Positions 55,998 to 63,175 of a DNA stretch of 64,000 nt are shown in pieces (the first letter of the stretch is position 1; each line of letters opens with the position of its first letter). The position numbers were made by a program, and so were the translations under genes. The notes beneath the pieces are model-generated. The model saw only the letters and a list, made by a program, of their open reading frames with translations, did no database searches and was not told the DNA's origin. Origin of the DNA: Dehalococcoidia bacterium (GTDB lineage Bacteria > Chloroflexota > Dehalococcoidia > Lucifugimonadales > UBA2985); the NCBI GenBank assembly GCA_965222415.1, contig CBDCTU010000004.1:128850-192849 (forward strand), in the 5' to 3' direction.

Positions 55998-57119
55998 CTA
56001 CCTCAGCTCCGCCAATATGTCTTCCAGTGCTTCTACGATGATATCAGTATGCTCCGGCTTTCCGACGGATATTCGCAGCGAGTGCTTCAACTGAGGCGTG
56101 TTGAAGTATCGCACAAAGATTCCGCGGCTCGCCAGTCCCTGGAACACCAGTGTTGCCTTGTCACGGGGCACGTCGAACAGCAGGAAGTTCCCGTGAGAGG
56201 GCCACACGCTGATCCCCTCTATGGCTGACAGCTTGGAGGAGAGGCGGTCCCGCTCCCCGACGATGGCCTCCACGTTGCGCTTCAGATACGGAAGGTCTCC
56301 CAGGGAGGCCATCAGCGCCACCTCCGCCGCGGCGCTGATGTTGTAGGGCTGCTTGATGTCCATGAGCAGCAGCTGGAGTCGCGGGTCCATGATACCGTAG
56401 CCCAGGCGCAGGCCGGCCAGGCCGGCCCATTTGCTCAAGCTCCGCAGCACCACAAGGTTGGGATACTTCGACACCAGGTGCGCCACCGTGTGCCCGCTGA
56501 ACTCGTAGTAGGTCTCGTCAATCACCAGCAGGAGGTCTTCCTCCAGCAGTCCCAGAACGACCTCCTCCGACACAAGGTTGCCGGTCGGGTTGTTGGGAGA
56601 GGCCAGGAAGACGGCCTTCGTGTTAGGCTCAATGGCATCCTTCACTGCGCCCAGGTCTACGTTGTACCGGTCGTCCCTTGGGACGGAGACCAGCCTCCCG
56701 CCGTTGACCTGGGTGCTGAAGGTGTACATCCCGAAGGTTGGCGGGCAGTCGATAACCCCTTCCTCGGACTCCAGGGTAGCTCTCAGCAGCAGGTCGATGA
56801 GCTCGTCAGCCCCGGCTCCTACGATAATGTGGCTTGAGGGCGCGCCGGTGTACTCCTCAAGGGCGCTCCGCAGCGCATTCTGCCTGGCGTCCGGGTAGAT
56901 GTGGTAACCTTCGTGGCGGCCCAGCGCCTCCTGCACCCGCTTTGATGGCCCGTAGGGGTTCTCGTTGCCGTTCAGCTTGATGATCCGCTCCGGCGGTATC
57001 CCGGCCATCTCCGCCAGCGCTTCCGGCGAGTCCACGGCCGTGTAAGGGTTCAACTCTCGCAGGTCTCGGCGAAAGAGGGATGTGATGTCCATTCTTCCAG
57101 TTGCTCTCATTCTCGACAC
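55998..57119 (-). CDS. hisC: histidinol-phosphate aminotransferase
   Basis: IKLNGNENPYGP and the PLP-lysine region SLSKWAGLAGLRLGY. The start is uncertain (GTG at 57119, ATG at 57110 or 57092). Confidence 0.9.
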   Translation of the reverse strand: MSRMRATGRMDITSLFRRDLRELNPYTAVDSPEALAEMAGIPPERIIKLNGNENPYGPSKRVQEALGRHEGYHIYPDARQNALRSALEEYTGAPSSHIIVGAGADELIDLLLRATLESEEGVIDCPPTFGMYTFSTQVNGGRLVSVPRDDRYNVDLGAVKDAIEPNTKAVFLASPNNPTGNLVSEEVVLGLLEEDLLLVIDETYYEFSGHTVAHLVSKYPNLVVLRSLSKWAGLAGLRLGYGIMDPRLQLLLMDIKQPYNISAAAEVALMASLGDLPYLKRNVEAIVGERDRLSSKLSAIEGISVWPSHGNFLLFDVPRDKATLVFQGLASRGIFVRYFNTPQLKHSLRISVGKPEHTDIIVEALEDILAELR

Positions 57120-57152
57120 AGCCTGAAGCGTAAGCCGGGGTTGCCACCCATC

Positions 57153-58481
57153 TCAGGACGGCCTGTTCTGAAGCTCTGCCCTGATCTCCACCGCGCGTGC
57201 GTGGGCGTCGAACCCCTCGGCTCTGGCGATTGTGGCTGCGGTCTTTGTCAGGCGTAGGGCTGTCTGGGGGTCCAGGTCTACCACGGGCATCCTTCGCAGG
57301 AACTCCGTCGCTCCCAGGTAGGAGTTGAATCGAGCCGTGCCTCCGGTCGGCATAACGTGGCTTGGGCCTGCAACGTAGTCGCCCATCACCTCCGGCGAGA
57401 AGTCTCCCAGGAAGACGCCACCGGCGTTGTGCACCTTGTCCACGCAGCGCCAGGGCTCTTTGACCATCAGGCACAGGTGCTCCGGGGCGTAGTGATTGGC
57501 CAGGTCCAGGGCATCGTCCAGTGTGTCCACCAGCACGATAGCTCCCCTTGCCTCCATGGACGCCTGGGCTGTCTCCTTGCGGGAGAGGCTATCCAATTGC
57601 CTATCGAGTTCCTCCTGGATGAGAGGTATCAGCGTCTCCGACGTGGTAATCAGGACTGGGGTAGCCATCATATCGTGCTCCGCCTGCCCAAGAAGGTCGG
57701 CGGCGCAGAGCGCGGGGTTGGCACTGTCGTCCGCTACAATCAGGGTTTCCGTCGGCCCTTCCAGGCCATCGATCTTCGTTTCCCCGTAGACCATCTTCTT
57801 GGCCAGGGTCACGAAGATGTTGCCGGGTCCGCACACCATATCGACTTTGGGAACGGTCTCCGTGCCGTAGGCCAGCGCTGCTATAGCCTGTGCGCCTCCC
57901 ACCTGGAAGACCCTGTTCACCCCGGCGATGAGGGCTGCGGCCATGACAGTGGGGTTGGGCCCTCGGTCGCCCTGGGGCGGTGTAACCAGTACAATCTCCT
58001 TCACGCCCGCCACCTTAGCCGGGATGGCGGTCATAAGCACAGTGGACGGGTAGGACGCCAGGCCGCCCGGGCTGTAGATGCCCACACGCTCTATCGGAGA
58101 GATTATCTCCCCGAAGCCTCTCTCCATATCCATCCAGGACCGGGGCAGGCCGGCGACGTGAAAGTCGCGTATCCGGCCCACTGAACGCCGTAGCGCCTCA
58201 CGCGTCTCCTGAGGGGCCTCTTCTGCGATACGAACTATGGCGTCGCGGTCAAGCTCCATGCCCTCAAGCTCTACTCCGTCAATGCGCCTGGTGTACTCGC
58301 GCACGGCGTCATCGCCGCGAAGGGCTACATCAGACACAATGCGGCTCACAGCTCCCTCCGGGGTCAGGTCCTCGCCGAAGATTCTCTTGATGCCCTCCAG
58401 CAGCTCCAGCGGCGTGGAGTTGCCTCCTGGCGTCCTTGAGAGGGCCTTCCTGCCCTCGTCCATACCACGAACTACCCTCAC
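57153..58481 (-). CDS. hisD: histidinol dehydrogenase
   Basis: 442 aa with the typical HisD pattern (SPGGLASYPSTVLM, QAEHD). The GTG start overlaps the upstream stop as GTGA. Confidence 0.95.
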   Translation of the reverse strand: MRVVRGMDEGRKALSRTPGGNSTPLELLEGIKRIFGEDLTPEGAVSRIVSDVALRGDDAVREYTRRIDGVELEGMELDRDAIVRIAEEAPQETREALRRSVGRIRDFHVAGLPRSWMDMERGFGEIISPIERVGIYSPGGLASYPSTVLMTAIPAKVAGVKEIVLVTPPQGDRGPNPTVMAAALIAGVNRVFQVGGAQAIAALAYGTETVPKVDMVCGPGNIFVTLAKKMVYGETKIDGLEGPTETLIVADDSANPALCAADLLGQAEHDMMATPVLITTSETLIPLIQEELDRQLDSLSRKETAQASMEARGAIVLVDTLDDALDLANHYAPEHLCLMVKEPWRCVDKVHNAGGVFLGDFSPEVMGDYVAGPSHVMPTGGTARFNSYLGATEFLRRMPVVDLDPQTALRLTKTAATIARAEGFDAHARAVEIRAELQNRPS

Positions 58482-59242
58482 GGCAGATACCCTCTGGCAA
58501 AGCTCAGCAAGTCCTCAATGCTCCTCTCTCTGAACGCCGCCACGAGCTCCTCGGGCACGGCGCAGTATATCCGCTCCAGGCCGTTTGCAACTGACTCCAG
58601 GAACTCCTCCGCCATTTTCTTAACAGGTTCTTCCGACTCCGCGCCTTCCTGCCGGGCGACTCTTCCAGCCATAAAAAGGAGCCTGTCCCAGTTGAACTCG
58701 CCGCCCAGGGAGTTCTGGACCCATTCCCGCCATTCAACTAGGGTTTCCGCAGATATAAAGCCAATGTCGACGTCCCTCTCGGCATTTGCCATGAGGGGCT
58801 TGATCTCCATCGTCCCGCCCATCGCCAGATGCTCCCTCCGGTCCAACTCCAACTGAAGGGCGCGGTCCATCAGGTTGCCGAGCAGCTTGTCCTCGAATAC
58901 CTCACGGTTGCCGAAGTACGGACGGTACAGGTTCAGTATCCACAGCTCGTCAGTGAACAGGTGACTGGCAAACCCTACAATGAACGCTTTGGTGGGCTCG
59001 TTGAGGTCAGAGGCTTGGTCCAGATTGGGGTGAGAGTGAAACAGACCCTCTATCCCATCCCCTTCCCTCTCGAAGTCCAGCGGGACAAAGTGGGTTTCGT
59101 CGCGCTTTCCCCTGGTGATTATGCGTATGTCCGGGGACACGGACCCAAGGAGAAATGCGCCCATATTGTTGTTCAAAGTCGGGTGGTCCAGCCGCGAGGC
59201 GGCGTCCTTCGCCATTCCCAGGTGTGCGCTGAAGTTGGGCAT
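58478..59242 (-). CDS. metal-dependent phosphoesterase-like protein (resembles the zinc-dependent phospholipase C family) inside the his operon
   Basis: N-terminal MPNFSAHLGMA...GSVSPD...ETHF...HSH pattern of His/Asp ligands. GAGGGAG RBS present. It sits 16 nt after the hisG stop and is coupled to hisD by a GTGA overlap. Confidence 0.65.
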   Translation of the reverse strand: MPNFSAHLGMAKDAASRLDHPTLNNNMGAFLLGSVSPDIRIITRGKRDETHFVPLDFEREGDGIEGLFHSHPNLDQASDLNEPTKAFIVGFASHLFTDELWILNLYRPYFGNREVFEDKLLGNLMDRALQLELDRREHLAMGGTMEIKPLMANAERDVDIGFISAETLVEWREWVQNSLGGEFNWDRLLFMAGRVARQEGAESEEPVKKMAEEFLESVANGLERIYCAVPEELVAAFRERSIEDLLSFARGYLP

Positions 59243-59258
59243 TGCTCCCTCTAACCGG

Positions 59259-60257
59259 CTAGCTTCCGCCCAGTGCCTGGAGCACCGTCTCGTAGGAAGA
59301 GCACTGGTCCTGAAATACGTAGTGGGCCTGGAACACGGTAATGCCGCTGCCGCCGATCTGACGCAGGTGGTCCACCGCCTCCAGCAGCCTCTCTCTGGGC
59401 ACGACGGTGGTCACGGCGTACCATATCTCCTCGTCTCTGCTGTACACCCTGGAAATGGTAGGCCCCGTCAGGCCGGCCACCTCCGGGCGCTGCGCAACGT
59501 GGGCCGCAACCTCCTCCGGCGTGTTGCCCCTGATGTTGGCCGTAATGCTGAAGAAGTCTCTGGCGCGCAGGTAAGCCTCTATGTGCTCCAGCAGGCCCCT
59601 GGTCTCCAGCCGCGAGGACTCACCCTGGGCCAGCAGCCGCCGGTTGCCGATGATGCAGGCCTGAGACTTCAGGATGGTCCCGTCCACTATCATTTTGAGG
59701 CGGTTCTCCCTCATAGTGGTTCCGCTGGAGGAAATGTCGGCGATGATGTCGGCAAAGCCCATCGCGGGCGCGGCCTCCAACGTACCGCTCGACTGCACCA
59801 GCGACAAGTAGTTCACGCCGAATCGATAGAGGTGACGTTGGACCAGCCGGGGGTACTTGGTGGCGACCCGCAGGTCCCTTCCCCGCTCACGCAGCTCGAT
59901 CGACAGGTCGGCCAGGTCGCTCATGGAAGTCACGTCCATCCAGGAGTCCGGGATGCCCATGACAAGCTCACAGCGCCCGTATCCCAAGTCTTCCTTAACC
60001 AGAAACGAGTCTCCGCCCTCCGCCCTAGACTCCAGAAAGCGGTCCAGCCCGGTAACGCCAAGGTCGGCGCTGCCCTCCTCCACCTTCATCGGAATGTCCC
60101 CGGTCCTCTGGAACAGGACGCTGGTGTCGCGCAGATTGGGTATGGAGGCCGTGTACCGACGAGGGTTTGGGCGCTCTATGGGCACGCCGCTGCTTCGAAG
60201 GAAGCCCAGGGTCGATTCGTGGAGCTCACCGTCGCTGGGGATTGCTAGACGTAAGAT
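59259..60257 (-). CDS. hisG: ATP phosphoribosyltransferase, long form with a C-terminal regulatory domain
   Basis: The conserved N-terminus ILRLAIPSDGELHESTLGFLRSSG is encoded upstream of the track start (GTG at 60185). No ATG/GTG/TTG precedes it after the in-frame TAG. I propose the ATC at 60257-60255, preceded by GGAGGAG. A HisG_C-like tail (TGPTISRV...WYAVTTVVPRERL...) is present. Confidence 0.8.
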   Translation of the reverse strand: MLRLAIPSDGELHESTLGFLRSSGVPIERPNPRRYTASIPNLRDTSVLFQRTGDIPMKVEEGSADLGVTGLDRFLESRAEGGDSFLVKEDLGYGRCELVMGIPDSWMDVTSMSDLADLSIELRERGRDLRVATKYPRLVQRHLYRFGVNYLSLVQSSGTLEAAPAMGFADIIADISSSGTTMRENRLKMIVDGTILKSQACIIGNRRLLAQGESSRLETRGLLEHIEAYLRARDFFSITANIRGNTPEEVAAHVAQRPEVAGLTGPTISRVYSRDEEIWYAVTTVVPRERLLEAVDHLRQIGGSGITVFQAHYVFQDQCSSYETVLQALGGS

Positions 60258-61458
60258 GTCTCTCCTCCAATTCTCCTGACGGCAGGTCCAGAATGTTCTC
60301 TATCGTGTAGGCAAAGCCAAGGGCGGGCACGTCGTCCTCTCCTCCCAGGGCCTTCACCAGGCCGTTGTAGCGACCGCCGCCGCCCAGGAACACGGGGCCG
60401 TCCGTGGTCAGGGTGATGATGTCGAAGACCATCCCTGTGTAGTAGGCGATCCCCCTCACAAGGCCGATGTCTATCCTGAGCGATACGGAGGGGCAGCGCT
60501 CGTGGAAGCCGGCCAGCACCTCCTCCAGGGGCGACAATACGTCCGGGCTGAGGCCGAACTCCTTTGCAATGGAGCTTATCTGACGCAGTGCGCTCTTCTC
60601 CTCTATGGGTGCAAAGGCGAGATCAGAAAGCAAATCTATGCCCGTCGCAATCGCCTGGGGGTCGTCCACCCTCTGCAGCTTGTCCGTGAAGCGAGTCAGG
60701 ATGTCCTCCATTGTGCGGCTGCCCAGGAGGCCGGTCAGGGACTCTTGGAACAGGTCCTGCAACAGGTCAAAGGACTCCGCCTCGTCCCGGCCTTCTATCA
60801 GCATACGCAGTCCCCTGGCTGTGTCGTCGGATGTCAGCAGTCCCAGGGAGCGCGCCTGCTCCTGTACGCGCCTGCTCCCCTCCTCCCCATCCCTGAGGTG
60901 GTGGAAGCCCGCAATCAGGAATTCCTGTGCCCTTGGGGATATGCCAAGGCCGTCCAGCATCCGGTGCAGCACTCCTATGTGCCCTACGATGCAAAGTGGC
61001 TGTGCGACTCCCAGCAGCGCCAAACCCTCCCGGGCCAGGGCAAGCACCTCGGCGTCTGACGACGGCTCGTCGGAGCCTATGATCTCCGCGCCCATCTGGT
61101 GAAACTGCCTGTACCCTGTCGACTCGTCGTATCGAAAGACGGGGCCGTCGTACTGGAGCTTCAGGGGCAGAGGCTCAGTGTCGGCCCTCTCCAGGTAGTA
61201 CTGTATGGCCGATGACGTGAACTCCGGGCGGAGGCTCACCCTGTTGCCGCCCGGGTCGGTGAAGGTGTACATGCGCGCTGCCAACTCTCCCCCGGACTTT
61301 CGGAGGAATAGCTCCGTGGGCTCCAGAAGGGGCGTGTCTATGCACTGGTAGCCGTGAGACGAGAAGAGATCCCGCAGCCCGTCCTGGACGGTCGTCCTGC
61401 GCCCAAGCTCCTGGGGGCTCTCGTACTTCATCCCGGGCAATCGACGAATGGGCAGCAT
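60226..61458 (-). CDS. hisZ: ATP phosphoribosyltransferase regulatory subunit HisZ (HisRS paralog without an anticodon-binding domain)
   Basis: Class-II aaRS core motifs (FRYD..., GGGGRYNGL...PALGFA). The protein ends about 20 aa after motif 3. Confidence 0.85.
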   Translation of the reverse strand: MLPIRRLPGMKYESPQELGRRTTVQDGLRDLFSSHGYQCIDTPLLEPTELFLRKSGGELAARMYTFTDPGGNRVSLRPEFTSSAIQYYLERADTEPLPLKLQYDGPVFRYDESTGYRQFHQMGAEIIGSDEPSSDAEVLALAREGLALLGVAQPLCIVGHIGVLHRMLDGLGISPRAQEFLIAGFHHLRDGEEGSRRVQEQARSLGLLTSDDTARGLRMLIEGRDEAESFDLLQDLFQESLTGLLGSRTMEDILTRFTDKLQRVDDPQAIATGIDLLSDLAFAPIEEKSALRQISSIAKEFGLSPDVLSPLEEVLAGFHERCPSVSLRIDIGLVRGIAYYTGMVFDIITLTTDGPVFLGGGGRYNGLVKALGGEDDVPALGFAYTIENILDLPSGELEERHLTSSNPQRR

Positions 61459-61723
61459 AGCGATAGCGTACCTCTTGGATTATATGTGAAGCATTGTACA
61501 ATAACCCTGTGGCTGATTCAACGCGGGGGCATGCTGAGGAGGGGCTTCGAAGCGCTCTACTCGCACGGTTGGGAGTGTTCGGTGACCACCGGGGTATCCG
61601 ATCTATAATTGGATCACACTAGGGTTGCTTCAAGACGATCTGTCAGATTGTGTTGTTCCCCGTCTGATGATAGCCGGAAATCGGGAATCTATAGAAAGCC
61701 CCAAGTTTTGTGGTCAAATTGGT

Positions 61724-61751
61724 TTGATTGAGTCGTTTTCTATCTTATAAT
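61724..61751 (+). promoter_or_regulatory. near-consensus sigma70 promoter (TTGATT-16-TATAAT) upstream of the 45-bp repeat array
   Basis: ttgatt at 61724-61729 and tataat at 61746-61751. The predicted TSS is near 61758, about 90 nt before the first full repeat. Confidence 0.55.
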
Positions 61752-61847
61752 ACCATTAGTCTTAGTCTGTGGCGTTGCTAACGCTATTCCAAGTAACAAA
61801 CGGATGTGGTCACAGTGAACGATGTTTTCGGTTCCGTGTCGAGGAGG

Positions 61848-62228
61848 ATGCTTGATGTGCAGAAGCCCCTGGTGTCCACCGGCTTGAGCAGGATGCTTGA
61901 TGTGCAGAAGCCTCTGGTGTCCACCGTATTGAGCAGGATGCTTGATGTGCAGAAGCCCCTGGTGTCCACCGGCTTGAGCAGGATGTTTGATGTGCAGAAG
62001 CCTCTGGTGTCCACCGGCTTGAGCAGGATGTTTGATGTGCAGAAGCCTCTGGTGTCCACCGTATTGAGCAGGATGCTTGATGTGCAGAAGCCCCTGGTGT
62101 CCACCGGCTTGAGCAGGATTTTTGATGTGCAGAAGCCTCTGGTGTCCACCGGCTTGAGCAGGATGTTTGATGTGCAGAAGCCTCTGGTGTCCACCGGCTT
62201 GAGCAGGATGTTTGATGTGCAGAAGCCC
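61848..62228 (+). repeat. tandem array of 8 full plus 1 partial 45-bp direct repeats
   Basis: Units start at 61848, 61893, 61938, 61983, 62028, 62073, 62118 and 62163, with a 21-nt partial unit at 62208. The consensus is atgYttgatgtgcagaagccYctggtgtccaccgKMttgagcagg. A degenerate copy lies at 61821-61847. Confidence 0.95.
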
Positions 62229-62876
62229 ATGTTCGCCAAGATTGCTTACTCGATTCACGGAGTGTTTCCATCGTTGGAAGAAGCTCGGTTTGAGGAAACT
62301 GGGTGGTTCCCACATTACACATTTCCAAAGAAACTCTTGAGAGAGAACGATGGCAATTCTGACTCCGATGCGGCGATTTTGGCCTACTACCGTGAAAACT
62401 GGGCGGAAGTTCGACTATCAATAGAGGAGAATATTTCCAATTATGTCGTTGATGACGATGCGAAGGCAGTTCTACGTCAAGCATTGGCTGCGTATGAAGG
62501 TGATCTCCATTCTCTTGTATGCCCTGCCTTGTTTACCCAGGTAGAGAGAGTCGTTCGTGTACATTTGTGTGACGACAAGATCGGTAAGATATCAGTTAAG
62601 GATAAGCTTGAAGACCATCTTGGCGACCTTCCTGTTTCTGCATTTCCTGACATATCATTGAGTCTTGTTTCTTTTGATATGTTGGACCACTTGTATGAGA
62701 GCATCAAGACTGAGGGAGACCGTGAACGCTTCATGAGCAATCCGATTCCTAACCGTCATTGTGCTATTCATGGACTTGTACCTTACACCGGGAAGAAGAG
62801 CAGTCTCAATTCTATCTTCATAGCCGATTACGTTTTTGGGTTGATCACAGCAGTGAAAGAAGAAGAGACTCGATAG
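62229..62876 (+). CDS. low-GC hypothetical protein with a C-terminal HEPN-like Rx4H motif (the track ORF extends in frame through the repeats to 61806)
   Basis: An ATG at 62229 follows the partial repeat directly. NRHCAIHG lies near the C-terminus and an alpha-helical AKAVLRQALAAYEGDLHSLVCPALFTQVERVVR segment upstream of it. Which start is used is unresolved. Confidence 0.6.
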   Translation: MFAKIAYSIHGVFPSLEEARFEETGWFPHYTFPKKLLRENDGNSDSDAAILAYYRENWAEVRLSIEENISNYVVDDDAKAVLRQALAAYEGDLHSLVCPALFTQVERVVRVHLCDDKIGKISVKDKLEDHLGDLPVSAFPDISLSLVSFDMLDHLYESIKTEGDRERFMSNPIPNRHCAIHGLVPYTGKKSSLNSIFIADYVFGLITAVKEEETR

Positions 62877-63175
62877 CCTTATACCAGGCGAGGAGAGGTT
62901 GTGGTGGTCCCGTAGCATCTAGCTGTTCCGACAGTATATCAACCTTATCAAGGCTAAGAGGCTTCCACGACCCCAAGGATAGTACTGCCGAAATCCAACT
63001 CGCGCCCAATTGAGCTGCAAACAATCAAGTACCTTCGTGTTGGAGTTCAGCTTTGCACTGCTAGTCGACCAAGTCATCCGGCCTCCAAGCAGGATTCCGA
63101 GGGGTGGGGGCAGCATCCGGTAGACCCCTGCGAAAGCAGGGGTGGTTGCATTCCCGGCAGGAGTGACCTAGGCCA

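Noticed and set aside
61848-62228. The 45-bp repeat array as a CRISPR array
   Set aside because: The units are directly adjacent with no spacers, and no cas genes are nearby. It is a pure tandem repeat.
61806-62228. Treating the repeat-encoded 141 aa as a confidently translated N-terminal domain
   Set aside because: This is not rejected outright, but it is unsupported. There is no SD before the GTG at 61806, the composition differs from the rest of the ORF, and repeat variation is mostly non-synonymous. I keep it as the alternative hypothesis.
62960-63050. tRNA or tRNA fragment on the minus strand (gcagctcaattgggcgcgagt resembles a D-arm)
   Set aside because: I could not form an acceptable anticodon arm, T-arm (no GTTCRANYC) or acceptor stem.
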